Shown: positions 22,081 to 36,725 of the stretch, piece after piece
Position numbering within the stretch: position 1 is the stretch's first letter
How the letters are laid out: every line of letters begins with the position of its first letter
Source of the DNA: the human T2T-CHM13v2.0 reference genome, Homo sapiens
Assembly (NCBI RefSeq): GCF_009914755.1
Contig: NC_060933.1
Length of the DNA stretch: 64,000 bases
Strand: one strand, 5' to 3'
Translations under genes and position numbers: made by a program
The notes under the pieces: generated by a model
What the model was told of the DNA's origin: nothing
The model's input: the letters and a program-made list of their open reading frames with translations, nothing else
Databases searched by the model: none

Positions 22081-23420
22081 TGGGATGATTATTACAAATG
22101 ACTTCTGAGATAGCTAAAGGAATTTAAGGCTAGTTTTATCCATTCTACCCAATAATTTGTTGGAATTGAGTAAAATTGACTAGCAGTTTTGTATAGTGTT
22201 ACAATTTGCCTATTCCCCCAAGTCTTCCAGCCCTGTATTCAAGGCTGAAGCTCAAAGTAGAGAAATATAATGATCTAGATATTATTTTTTTCCTCCAGAT
22301 TGATATGGCAGATCATGGACATTCTTTTAAAGACTTCTGTGGACATGGTCTTACATTTCAATTTTTGTTGTTGCGTCATTGGAACTACATCAAAAATTCC
22401 CAATGAGCAAGATGTGCACATCGATAAATTTGATAGTACGTAATTCTCCCCTCTCCTGTTCAAATAAGCAAGATCCATGCTTCATTGCTCTGTCTTCTAT
22501 GAGACTGTCATTATTGAAAGGGCTGCTGGTGGTCTTTAATGCTTTCTTATTTTATGCCAAAGGTTTATTTAGAAAACAATGTGCCAATTACAATGCACAT
22601 TACAGTACATTTATCTGTACTATCTTGAGGCAGATATTAATAGGGTAATTCTAAATGTTCTACCATACAAAATTTACTATAATTAACTTAATCAAAGTGA
22701 AGAAATTCATTATAACTTTCACTTTCCTTTTGTTTTTAACCATGGAAATACACATTTTATGAAATTTTCCATATACAGGCTGTCATCTACTCTCTTTTTT
22801 TCATGTCTGTAGGTGAAATAACCATAGACATGACTCTAAAAATTGATCTCCAAAGTGTTGTACAAGAGACTTGCATAATCAGATTTGTAATATAGAAATA
22901 ACATTTTAACTGCAGTATGACGGATGTGTGATTTCTGGAGTAAGAATGACTTATATTTATCTTTCCTGGATTTCTTGGGATATTTCCGTTACAGTACATT
23001 CAGCACTCATGAGAAATTACCCTTGGATATTGCTCAACATCACAGGTATTAGTAAAAGGAACATAAACATGCGTTATATTTATTTAATGTGTTGTGTTAA
23101 GCCTTTATTTATCACAGAAAGTTTGCACAGAGGTATTTCTCCTAATCAGAAAATGTGAAACTCTACCAAACTAAGCTGTCTCCATGGTTTAACCAACTAT
23201 AGTGTCATTTCATGAAATTTTAATGCAGTTAACAATAAATTGTAAATGAGTGCAGTGTTATTACTTGTCATGGAGTAGCAAAAAGAAAGCAGTAGAAATG
23301 TGAATTGCAACGCCAGTGAAATTAACATTTAAAGCAGCAATCAATGAAGAGTATCATTTACAATCTCAATGAGACTCTCAATATATGCTAGACAAGGAAT
23401 TAATGAAGAAAAACTTCTAA

Positions 23421-23724
<304 letters not shown>

Positions 23725-24232
23725 CTAAAACTTTGGCTACAACTTACATGGTACTTGAAAGGAGCACTAATGTCAACTTGCTGACACCATTTGAAGCTCT
23801 CCTTTCAGGAACTGTAAAAAATTTCCTCTCCACCATTACTGTATAACTATTTGAAATGATTCATTCCTGATGTGGAAGAACTTTAATATCATACCTTATC
23901 ATAAATTTAATAATTCCCTAGCATCTTTGAGATGGTATGAAATTTTCCTTAAGTCAAATAAAATGTGAATGGCAAAGACAAAGTGGAAATTCATTTCTTG
24001 GTTTCCTGGCCCCAGATATTCTCTACTAATATATATATTTTATTTTTAGGAGATAATTATTCTCTGTTTTCACACAAACATCTCCAGTATATTTTGGAGG
24101 CCATAATTACTACACTTAATGTTCTAACATTCGGTTTCAATTTCAGTGTTCAATTTATTTCTCTCATGTAATGCATACTCCTAAATATCTTTAACTTTTA
24201 TATCTTTCCCCTCTATAAACAACATATCACTT

Positions 24233-24521
24233 TTTTTTTTTTTTTTTTTTGACGGAGTCTCACTCTGTCGCCCAGGCTGGAGTGCAGTGGCGCGATGTCG
24301 GCTCACTGCAAGCTCCAGCCTCTCGGGTTCACGCCATTCTCCTGCCTCAGCCTCTGGAGTAGCTGGGACTACAGGCGCTCGCCACCACACCCGGCTAATT
24401 TTTTGTATTTTTGGTAGAGACGAGGTTTCACCATGTTAGCCAGGATGGTCTCGATTTCCTGACCTCGTGATCCGCCCGCCTTGGCCTCTCAAAGTGCGTG
24501 GGTAAGCCACCGCTCCCGGCC
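24233..24521 (-). mobile_element. AluY
   Basis: 'gcaagctcc','ttcacgccattctcc','gttagccaggatggtctcga'; TSD caacatatcactt at 24220-24232 / 24522-24534. Confidence 0.95.
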
Positions 24522-26029
24522 CAACATATCACTTCTTTAAGAATCTTAGCCTTGCAAGTTTTAGGTGTATTTTGGTAACTTGTAGCTACTTCAAAATAAT
24601 TATGGAAGCATTTTAGTCATATATATGTTTTTTTTCCTGAGGGAATGTCCAGAATTTGTTCCACAGGCACCATCCTTAGGGATGATATCTCTGATAGTTT
24701 TCCTGGTCTTCAAATTCTAGCAAAATGTACACATTGGTGGTACTGTCTTCAACATGCGGAGCTACCATGGAGTTAATTAATTTCCGAATTCCTCCAAGAA
24801 TCAAAACAAAGACATGGACAATGATAAAACTTGTCACAAGGTGCTGCTTAACTGATCACTAAACTCGGGGTACCAGAATATTGAACAAAAGTATGAACTA
24901 GGAAAAATATAGATCAGAGAGGACTTGAGTTAGATGTTTACTTCAAAAATTTAAAAATACAACAAATTGGGTAAGTTAAATGAGTGGAACATTTCAATGA
25001 ATAAGAAATATTTGATTTTTCTAGCATTTTCTTTAAGTATAATGATATATACAGGTATTATATTATACACATACATACACACATACATGTACAAATATAG
25101 TAATCTTAATTACTAAATAGAAATTACTAAGTTCTAATAATAAGCATTATACTGGTATTAAATTCCTATTTTGACATTCAAATTAATTGGTTACCTTACT
25201 CAGACTAAAGGAATTCAGTAATCTATCTTCTTTCAAAATTTCTTGAATTATCCATTTTATGGCATCTAATTATCATTTTCTTCCAATGTTAAATATTAAT
25301 TTTTTTCCTCCTACATGCAATGAATGATTTTTGTATTAAGACGTTTAAAACACATCAAATTCTCATTTCATTGTTGAGACTTACTCAAAGTTCAGGCCTC
25401 ACTTATGGCTATCCTCACCTAACATTTTTTATATCCTTCAATATTTCTTTTCTAAAAGCATCCTTCCTTTTATTCTAGGGAGAAAAGGCAGTGAAACATT
25501 TTTCCCTTCCTCTTTCTTCCTGTATTCTTTAAGGGTCTTGAATTCTATCCTCTGGGTATCCCACAGCAATAGGAAAGTGGTGGCTAAATATCTATCTAGC
25601 TGTTATCACTGGGGTTTCAATATTTAACTCTTAAGACAGGGTTATGTTTATTGTCATGTTATTATATAGAGCCTGGATAATTACTTTCTAAGTTTGTAGT
25701 AGAGGCAATGTTTAAACTTGACAGGGAACCAAACCATAATGGCTTTTAAGATTTCTGCAATATCTATGATTATTCAATTGGGCCTTACTTAGCCAGTATG
25801 TACATTTGAAGCACAGAAATTATCCATACCAGTTCATACCAGAAACAGAATATCAAACTCAAATAGAAATGTAAAGCTCTGCTCAAACCAGGCCTCCAAA
25901 CACAAAATTGTTTTCAGAATCAGCTCAACTATTCAAGCCCACCAATACTCTGGAGGATAAGATTCAAGGAATGTCTCCATTTAAGGCCAATAACTGAGCT
26001 CAAGTACTTAAATCTTTCTATTCTAAAAT

Positions 26030-27178
26030 ATAAGACTCCTAGGAGAAAACCTAGGAAATACCATTCTGGACATTGGCCTTAGGAAATAACTTATGACTAA
26101 GTCCTCAAAAGCAATTGGAACCAAAACAAAAATTGGCAAGTCGGACCTAATTAAACTAAAGAGCTTCTGTACAGCAAAAGAAACTATCAACATAGCAAAC
26201 AGACAACCTACAGAATGGGAGAAAATATTCTCAAACTATGCGTCCAACAAAGGTCTAATATCCAGAATCTAAAAGGAACTTAAGCAATTCAACAAGGAAA
26301 GAAGAAATAACCCCACTAAAAAGACATGAACATATACTTCTGAAAAGAAGTCCTGCAAGCGGCCAACAAACATATGGAAAAGTCCTGAATACTACTAATC
26401 ATCGGAGAAATGCAAATCAAAACCACAAAGAGATACCACCTCACACTATTCAGAATGGCTACTATTAAAATATCAAAAAATAAATGCTGGTGAGACTGCA
26501 GATGAAAGGGTACACTTAGACACTGTTGGTGAGAATGTAAAATAGTTCAACCACTGTGGAAAGCAGTTTGGAGATTTCTGAAAGAACTTAAAGCATAACT
26601 ATCATTCGACCCCACATCCCATTCCTGGGTATATGTCCCACAGAAAATAAAATTGTTCTACTAGAAAGACACAGGAACTCATATGGTCATTGCAGCACTA
26701 TTCACAATATAAAAGACATGGAATCAACCTAGGAGCCCATGAACAGTGGATTAGATAAAGAAAATATGGTACATATACATCATGGTATACTACACAGCCA
26801 TAAACAGAATGAAATCATGTCCTTTGCAGCAACATGGATGCAGCTGAAAGCCATTATCCTAAGAGAATTAACACAGGAACAGAAAACCAAATACCATATG
26901 TTCTCACTTATAAGTGAGAGCTAAACACTGGGACTCATGGACATAAAGTTTGCAACAATAGACACTGGGGACTACTATTGAGGTGAGAGAGAGAAGGGGC
27001 AAGGGTTGAAAAACTATTGAGTACTATGCTTAAAACCTGGGTGATGGGATCAATCATACCCCAAACCTCAGCGTAACACAATACACTCATGTAACAAACC
27101 TGCATGTGTACCCCTTTATCTAAAATAAAAGTTGAAATTGTCAAAATAAATTAATAAATACATAAAAAGTAAAATAAA
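26030..27178 (+). mobile_element. 5'-truncated older L1PA/L1PB 3' end
   Basis: ORF2 C-terminus (NEIMSFAATWMQLKAIIL.ELTQEQKTKYHMFSL) plus 3'UTR and A-rich tail. Confidence 0.9.
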
Positions 27179-29449
27179 ACCAGAGTAAGGCAACCTGTGA
27201 AATGATTGCAGCAAATTTCTGAGGAAATAGGAAACAATAAAAGAAATCTGGTAGGCATTCTACTTGTCCAATGAGATTGCAGCAAGCTTTTCTCCAATCG
27301 TTTTGAAACATTTCAGATTTTGAGGATGAACTCTCACATCTTTTTTTTAGAGGCACAAACTGGAGAAGTAAAACCAACCAACAAACAAAAATACATGAGA
27401 ATATTCTTTAGGGATAGAATGCATACCTATTGATGCACATCAGCTACTGCTGAAAACCAAACTTACTGTTCATTGTGTACTGAATCAGAGAGAAAGTATT
27501 TCCTAAACTAGTAGGGAATATTCAGTAACAGAAAAGTAAATAGTCATATTTTCCCTTTCCATAAGCACATCAGACATATACATTTACCTGGACATGGTGG
27601 AAGAACTAATGGTTTTTTTGTTTTGTTGTTGTTTTTTTTTTGACAAATATTCCTCATTATTTTCCTCATCTCAATGTGTTTTCCATATACGTGGACCATC
27701 GTGTAAATGCCAAAGCTATTCAATTAACCAACTAGCATGGTACATAGTGGTCATTATGAAAAGCTGATATTAATATTTCATGCTACAAATTTGTCATGGA
27801 ATTACAGTAACAATTTGTAAAACTGGAGTTTCAATATTTTACCCAAAAATAGTCATTGTGGATCAAGTAATGGGAAGCAAAACATTTCTTTTAAATAAAA
27901 ACAACATAGTAAGTACATTGGTAACATTAGGCCTAACGATGGGAAACCAAAGCAAAATGGATGTGATTGAATTGAGATATAAACCAGACTCTTTTCAATG
28001 AAGTATGGGATTTTTACTTATTTTATTTTATACATCCCTACTTCAATTTCATCCTTTTTCTTACTGATCCGTTTCCTTTAGGATACTGGCAAAATAGGAG
28101 ATTATAACTTGTGACCTAGATCCCAGATTAACTTTTAGAAGAAACAAAGAAAAAAAGGTCAAAGAAATAGCAGAGTTTAGAGTGAATATCCATCCTCTAG
28201 ACTTCCATATGGACTTTATCTGAAAGATTGAAAAGCACTCTTCAGTTTAATGAATTGAATATGATTGGGTTCTGGATTGAATTACTCAGTGTCATTCAGC
28301 CAGAAGTTCAACTTATTACTGCACCTGATTCCAGTTAAATATTTTATGACACAGACAACTAGAGAAATTTGGAGCTGCTACCATAGGAGTAGAAGCCAAA
28401 ACACCTTCAGAGATGATTTTATGCAACATCATATCACCCTGTACCATTGAAACTGCAATTATCGGCTATAAAATTGTTTTAATAGAGAAAATAATAATTT
28501 TCAAAAATTAAAAAAGTAAAGCATTTACTACCATGTTCTCTTCTACTTATGTGAATATACTTGGGATTATATAAATCTAAAGAAAAAAGGCAAACAGCTT
28601 GGGCACATTTATCTAAACACCCACAGAATTCCAGTTAGTATCTTGAAGTGTTCAAGCAGTGAATTTTGATATTTTATATTTTTAGAGGTAAGACTTATTA
28701 TTGTTGCTGTTATTTTAAAAAGCTGGAAAACTCTCATAAACAAATATAATAGGATTCTCAATTATTTATGTGAAACATTGATAATTATAGACTCCAAAGA
28801 AGTCAAATCAACATTTTTCTCTTTTATAGTTCTCCTTTGTTTTATTCTAATGTGATCTTATTTCTGGTTCAGTTAGTCTTGACGTGACCAAAAAAACTGC
28901 TGAAAGTATATGGTTGATGGATGGGCTGGTGATAAAAATTAGTTTAACTTTCGTTCTAAATCTTCACATGTAGAACTTTTTTCTCTTCTACCTCCATGAC
29001 TACCATGCAATAAAATAAAATGACTCTGTTATAGGAAAGATAATATCTAAGATTTATATTAGCATAATCTTTTTCAAAGCACTGTGGATTTTTTTATTGG
29101 TAAATTTAACATTTGTAATTTTAACTGTTCTCTCATTCTCTAAATAAGGTGTGATTTCACTGAGAAAAAGAGTGAAATCCTATGCCAAGAGCTAATGCAC
29201 ATGAGATTCGCATACTTCCAAGGAACATCTATCTACAGAACCAACCCCTCTGTTTTTTTTCAGTCCTTTTTAAGCCCTGAATATAGTGATTATGAACGTC
29301 TATTAAAAATGGCCTCTAAAAGTAAGCAGATGTTCCTACTTTTGACAAATTGGAGATATCTAAGCCAGTACTGGCAATCCTGACTTTGCTAATTTGTGAA
29401 ATCCAAGGAATCTCTGCAGCACCTATGAAATGATGTCTATCCTCACTCT

Positions 29450-29697
29450 TAGGGCCAAATTACTGTTAAACACCTAGACACAGTGCTTAGGCCTCACAAC
29501 AACTTTAGGATCTCATGAAAATGTTTTAACTTTTTAAGAACTTTATTAGAAAAATAAACTTTTAGGGGAAAAAATGTTTTAATATATGACTATTTTATGC
29601 CAATACACCTTAAAAATGTAATTTTAATATTTTTATGAAGAAAGGGGCCTATGAAGTCAAAAGTGCTTAGGGCCTGTGAAAGTCATACTGCATCTCT
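29450..29697. mobile_element. possible hAT-Tip100-type MITE remnant
   Basis: starts 'agggccaaatt' and has repeated subterminal 'gtgcttagg(g)cct'; family not determined. Confidence 0.3.
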
Positions 29698-31109
29698 TCT
29701 CACTCTCACCCTGTAGACATAACACAAGACAGAGGTAATGGAAAGCAATATATTTTGTGCAATTATATAATAATAGTCTCTTTAGATTCTGAACATTCCA
29801 AAAATAAATTTCAACTAACTTATCACTCAGTCATTGAATGGGTTCAGTTTCCGTCAAATGGAAATGATAGCTATAATGTGAATATGTCCCAGCATGTTTC
29901 AATCACTGGCCAAAACACCGTTCTTTGCTGTATTCAAGTGAAAATTGTCATTCTGTGAAGCTCTGCTTCATCAGTCAGTCACTCTTCAAAGACAGCACTA
30001 GTTGCCAATTCACTGCATTCTAGGTTGGATGATCTGTGATGATATGATTGTACCGAAATATATTGCTCAAATCATTCATCTGAATGCAGCACCTGGTCCC
30101 TCTTCAATATTTTATAGAACAGAAAACTTCTGAATGAAGACACCACAACCACAGCTAACAGATGCCAAATAACTCATGAGATGATTTTCTGCAATTACAT
30201 ATGAGTTGTTGCATGTGGTTATTGGCATTGCCACTTGATTATTTAGTACTGAACATCGAATGGACATAAGAAAACCTGATTTTTGCCACAGCTTTCTCTT
30301 TGGTCTCTGACCTTGACCATGAGATGTACTCCACTGTGGATCGTGTGTGTTCAATTAAAAAAGAAAAGTGGCTGATTTCGGGGATCTTTTCTACCTCTAA
30401 ATGTCAGTAATTCTGTTGCTCATCTACATGTCTTCATATAATGTCTACTTTTATTGCCTGAGTCCCGGCCTATTGGTGAGCAGTTGCGAGGACCTCCAGC
30501 TGACAGAGTCCTTGAAATAGTCCATAAACATAAATAGTAAGTATCACTTGCAGGCTGTAGTATACTTAGCTGTTTTCTGGGAGGCACTGTTATAATTGCT
30601 ATATGACATCCACAGTTCATATCAAAGGAAAGGTCATGTATTACCATCTTAATAAGGACTGGATCAGATGTTAACATGGTTTTAATCTGTGAAGCCTCAT
30701 GGACACCATGCTGCCTTTTCTGCTTTGGTTTTTCACCAGTTGATTTGCAGGAAAGATTGAAGAATTCAGGGAGATACCTGTTAAGCTTCTAACAGTGAGG
30801 AAGGTCGTTAGCTATTTATAGCACTTCCTTTGTGCTAGCTTCAGTCTCTTACCAAATTAACTATATGTATCCAGAGCTAAGTGTCTACCTATGAGATCAT
30901 AAAGTCTTACCATAATTTTAAGGTGGATAACAATGGAAATAAATAAGTTTGTATTTTTACATTTTTGCTCTACTTCAATGGAAACCATTTAACTATGTAT
31001 TAAGTATGTGTTTTTATTTAATTTTGAAAAGTACACAGGATGAATTGACATATTTGTTTGTGACTATATAATAAATCAAAGGTAGTATTTTCCTGTAGTA
31101 AAAAAGAAG

Positions 31110-32835
31110 TGACTAAATCAAAGTTAAAGAAGAAAATACGAACTGTTTTTGACCTTACTCTACTGGCTAGGTCCTCCAGTACAATGTTAAACAGAAAAAA
31201 AAAAAAAGATCTCAGATTATCTTGACTTTTTCCCAACCTAAATGAAGAGCACTCAATATTTCATTGTTAAGTGGCTTGTTTGCAACCAATATTCTGTAGA
31301 TCTATTTGTTAGAATTGAGGTATTCTCTTACATGCCTATTTGCTGACAGTCTTAATCATGAAAGATTGTTTAATGTTATCACAATTTTTCTAACTTTAAT
31401 AAGATAATTATATAACATTTTTATTATTTTTAATGCTTTTAATTGAACTGATTACTTTTATGCCCATATTCATACACAGCATCATAAATTAACTATCTAT
31501 ATTATCATCTAAAGTTGCCTTCTGAAACTAACTTCTCTCACCTACTCAAGACCCCTTTGTGTTAAAATTCCATCTAGGTGTTGTTTGTATTCATGGTCTC
31601 TGACTTTTGCCTTCTAATTTTTCAACACTTTCTTAAGAAAATATTAAAGCATAGAGAAAATTTGAAAGGATTGTACAGTAAAAACACATATACCCATGAT
31701 CTAGATTCTGTAATTAGCCTTTTATTGTCTTTGCTTTATCATGTATCTTTCCATCTCTATGTTAATCTCTCAGTTTATCTCTTAATTGAGGCATTTTGAA
31801 TTACATTGTGTATTCATCAGTACACTCTACCCATAAATACTTTAATGTATATGTTAATAGAGTTTTTCCTTATTATTTTCTACAGGAGAAGGTTTAAAAT
31901 CAGTGCTTTTGCTTTCTTTGCTGGAAAAATTCACTGGTGAAATCATCCAAGTTTTGAGATTTATTTGCAGGAAGGTTTTTAGCTACGAATATAATATTAT
32001 TAAATAGACATAGAATATCTTTAAATAGACATATTCACACTTTCTATTTTCTATTGATTATTAGTATATATGTTTAAACTGTTTTATTTTGAGAAAAATG
32101 TAGATTCACAAGAGATTGTTAGAAAGAATACAAAAAGATCACATACACCCTTCACTCAGTTCCCTCAGTGGTAAAATCTTGTATAACCATAGTACAATAT
32201 CACAACCAAGAAGTAGATATTGATAAAATGCACAGATCTTATTCAGATTCCACATGCACTCATTTGTGTATATATATACATATATATGTGTGTATATGTA
32301 TATATATGTTTGTTGAATTCAGTTTTATCACATGTGTAGATTTATATGACCACAACAGTCAAAATACAGAACAGTTTTTATCACAATCTCCCTTGTGCTA
32401 CACTTTTATAGTAACAACTCCCTCCCTCCCTTTCTCCCTTCTTCCTAAACCCTGACAACCACTAATCTGTCCTCCTTTTCTATAATTTTGTCATTTCAAG
32501 AATGCCATATAAGTGGCATCATAAGTAGAAGCATTCAAGAATGCCATACAGGTGGAATTGTATGTTATCTTTGGGGATTGGCTTTTTTTTTTTTTACTGA
32601 GCATATTTCTCTTGAGATTGCTAAAAATATTCAGATGTATCAATTATCTATTCCTTTTATTTTTGCTAAGCAGTGTTTCATGATACAGATGTAACACTTG
32701 TTTTTAACCATTAACTCATTGAAAGACATTTAGGTTGTTTCTAGTTTGGGGATATTATGAATAAAGCTGCAATGAATATTTGTGTATAGGGTGTGTGTGT
32801 GCGTGTGTGTGTGTGTGTGTGTGAATATGTAAGTT
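31110..32835 (-). mobile_element. cluster of old L1M fragments including an L1MC-like 3' end (32080-32835)
   Basis: antisense ORF2 'ctggctaggtcctccagtacaatgttaa'; 3'UTR 'tagattcaca..cccttcactcag..gacaaccactaatctgt'. Confidence 0.7.
32791..32823. repeat. (TG)n microsatellite
   Basis: about 16 TG units with one CG interruption. Confidence 0.9.
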
Positions 32836-33349
32836 TCTCTTTATATTTTGTATCATTTGCCCTGACTAATGGTTCATTACTAATAGTAAATAATAATGCT
32901 GTATTACCTCTCCTCTTTATTGCCCTTTTTAAAATCCCCACATTCCTCCAGCTTTTGCCTTATTTCTCTGTTTCTCTGTCATATGAAAATTACCTTGAGG
33001 CAATAGGAACTTCTAAGTATAGTACTAGATAAGCTCTCCCAGATGTAGTACAATAAACATATTCACTGACTAAATATGGGTAAAATATAGCAACTAATGT
33101 GAAATACCAACACAGGACAATCTTGGTTTTCATAATTCAGTCTTCTCTTGTCTTTTCTGTCAGATTATCCCATAATTTTCGCTTTTTTGTGAAGTATACA
33201 TCATGCTAATGTACATTTTAAGCTTTTTACGTTTCTGAAATTTTTCAAGTGTTCTGAAAACAGAAATAAAGGGCAATGAAGAAATGAGGAAAACACTCAT
33301 GTCTGCCATAGAATCAGTTTTTCAGTACATAGCTTCCAAATAGCTCTCC

Positions 33350-33570
33350 CATTACTATTAGGACTATTCAATTGTATTGCAGTTTATAAGGTATTTTCTG
33401 ATTCATTATCTTATTTTAATCTCCAAATAATTCTGTGAATTAGGGAAGTAAGACTTTCTATATCCTTTTATAGACGTTTTAAGTTTTGGAAGATTAAGTG
33501 AACTACTCAAGAATATATAATTAGTGGCAGAACTGGGATTGAATTCCAAATCCTATACTCATTCAAATAC
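33350..33570 (-). mobile_element. MIR
   Basis: 'attagtggcagaactgggattgaattccaaatc'. Confidence 0.55.
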
Positions 33571-36499
33571 ATAATATTGTCTTTTCAAAATATGCTAGCA
33601 TGCAGTAAATATAACTGGATTACTTATAAATTTTTATCTACTAATGCTATAAAATGTTTTTATAATAACCACTCCTAATCATGCTGTTTTGAGCTCCTAT
33701 TTCCCACTAAATAAACAGAGATGCTTAATGCCATTTCAGTTCAATCCTATGATTTTGCATTCACTTTTGGCTGTTCAAAGAGTATTATTCTGGTTCTTAC
33801 TGCTGATCAGTCCTGTTGATTTTGCAACTAAAATATCTAATTTTGATGTAATCCTCTTCCCCCCTCTTCCTAGTACTAGTTAACTTAATTCCAGCTCTAT
33901 GGACGGAAATTTTTCTGGTGTTGCAACAGATTAAATTGAGAAAGGAAAAAAGAGAGGCTTCCATACTGGATTGGGCAATGTTGTCATGTCCTGCACATTA
34001 ACTCACAGACTTTGGTCATACCTGCTCCCTCTGGGTACCAGGTAGCCAAATATCGCCCCTTTTGTGAAGCACAGTAGTTTATTCTACTAAGATCCTGAAT
34101 ATCCTTTCTCTTTCTAGACACATTTTCCAGGTATGCAAGCTACAGCTTGAGTACTTTACCTTCTTCATTTACTTTAGTCTCTGTAAGAGAGAGCTTCTGT
34201 CTTTTACAATAGAGACACCAGTCACTTTATTGTAAACCAGGCTAAGTGGTAGAAGTGCAGGAGGATTCACCTTATTCCAGCCCTGCTATTCTGCATGTCC
34301 CAGCAAAATCTGGTACGATGTTGGTGAAGAAATTCAGGAAATTTATAGGAAAGATGTTCATTCGTTTTCAACCTAGTAGGAAATGATGTGGTTCAGATAT
34401 CCATTTTTTTCGTATTGTTTGGCCACAGGGAAGACAAGCCTCCCTACCTGTTGTGATGAAGTGGGTCAATGCATAAGACATCCTAGATTCCACAAAGTAC
34501 CTTTCAGGAACTTCTATGGGGAAGGGGCTAGCCCTGACAATTGGAAGTCTTTAGAACTTCCTTTAGGCTTTCTTTTTGCTCATTATTCACAGGCATGATT
34601 CGGAGCTGCAATGCCCAGATACTGGGAAAAATTCCATTAAATATACTCTTCTATAAAATATGACAGTTTTAAATACTGTCTTTTGACTTGAAACACAGAT
34701 GATAAACTTCCTTCTTAAATCACATGGAATTCAACTCACTGGGATGTTATGTTAAGAATAGATATATAGATATCAACTGAGACTAGTTTTATTTGTTGGT
34801 AAGGATAATGCATGTATATGATATTAGTGGCAACTAATTCAGAAAAAAAAAAGTCAGAATTGTAAGAGTTGGCTAAAATGATTTTGTTTTCCTATTTAAT
34901 GAGGGTGACATTGAAGCCAAAATTATACACTGAATCAGCTGCTTTGGGGTAGAATGATAACTTCAGAGAAAAATAGTTAAAATGTGAATTTTAAATTAAA
35001 AGTTGTGAAAATAATCTAGTCTTTTGCAGAGTTCTAAGTGGAATTCACTTTTAGTGTTTTTTTCATAATCACTTCAAGGGTTCAACAGTTCACTCAAATA
35101 TCTACAATGTAAACATATCATTAAACATATATATATAAATTAACAAAACTGACACTTTAATGATATTAAAATATTTGATTTTTTTTCTTTCCTGAAGTTA
35201 CAAAACAGACCAAGACGTAAATATAACCTGGATATATTTCTTACAGAAATAATTCTATATATGTCATCTAACTTGATAATATACCGAGATAATATACCGA
35301 GATAATATCCGAGAGAATTCACTCGGATGCTTTCTGCACTGCTTTTTATTACTCGTTCTAAAGAATTCAGTCTTGAAATTACTTATGGTATTTATTACAC
35401 TTCCAAAGAAGATTAAGTACCCAACTCTCTCCAGTTATGTGTGAGTATCATGCATTTATTTATGGTCTGTTATCTTTCAACCTGAAAGTAATTTTTTTTG
35501 CCTGAAATAAGAGTAATACATACTGAAAATATTAGCACAGGGAGAGCTGCCATGTAGTTCTGTATTCAAAAATTTACAAATGCGTACATTTTATCCAAAA
35601 TAGCAATAGCAACAACAACAATGAAAAGAAAATAGAGATGTAGTGAAATTAATTCCTATGAATTTCAAATTTTGGGAATGAGGTTTTTTTGTTCACTGAA
35701 AGAAAATGTCAAATGGAGTTGCATTCAACTCTCATCAAAGCGACACACCTCAGTGAAATTTTACATTGATAGAGTGCCTTAGTGTGTCAACTTTCAAAGG
35801 GTCAGGAATTAATCCTTGGGAAAGCCAGTCTTTAAAGTTTCATAAAGGTCAAGCAGCTCACCTAAGGTTTGTTTCTTAATAGCAATTCTGAATCATTCTA
35901 TGGTCAACTTGGTTGACTGCGCACCATTGGAGACACCTAAAAAAAATCTGCCAAAAAGCACTCTATGTTGGTAACTTGTAGATACAACCTGGAAAAAGCA
36001 AAAAGCTTCCTTTGTCATGTTGTGTTTCATATAAAACGTGTTTCCTACTATGGAAAGATTTGGCATCTGTAGTAATTATGTATAGGTATTTCAAATGTTA
36101 ATATTACACACACACACAAACACACTTACACATAATTTCCTGTTTGTCTTTCTATGTGCCTATCTTTGCACATATATCTGTTTGCTTGTTTTTTTTTTTT
36201 TGCTCTAACTTACATGCAATGATGAACAAGTTAAGCATATTATTGCCAAGTGGCCCATGAGCTCTTAGGTTTAAGGCAATGATAACAAGAACACAGCAAC
36301 ATCAAAATATATTACTCCCTTTGGCTCCATAACTTCAGGATGATAGAAAATCTACTAGTATCTTCTTAATTTCTATAAGCTGAAAGGCAATGAAATTGTC
36401 ATAGCAGGAACCAATTTCCTACCTGAAAACTAGTCAGTCATTGACCTTCTTATATTATCTTTTATTTCTAAAAACTGGAGAAAACAAATCATATGCTTG

Positions 36500-36725
36500 C
36501 TTATATCTAACTACTTAGTAACTATACAAACATGGACAAGTTGCCTAGCATCTTTAATTTCAGATTCTTCAATTTAGCTGGTAACTCTGTCTATAAGAAT
36601 GGGTTAATAACTATATATTTTAAGATGGTTGTGAAACTTTAGTGAAATAATCTATGCAAAGCACTTAGTATAGTGCCTTTCGTATAATGTTGCTGAAAGT
36701 ATTCGGTAATAATAGTGAGCACAGT
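36500..36725 (+). mobile_element. MIR
   Basis: 'ggttgtgaaactttagtgaaataatctatgcaaagcacttagtatagtgcct'. Confidence 0.6.

Noticed and set aside
29755-30720. Unique block with two minus ORFs; 'VPPRKQLSILQP' faintly like the pogo/Tigger 'PPNTTS.LQPLD' motif
   Set aside because: No other DDE motifs or TIRs visible; a tblastn/HMM search against DDE_1 would be needed, unsupported as is
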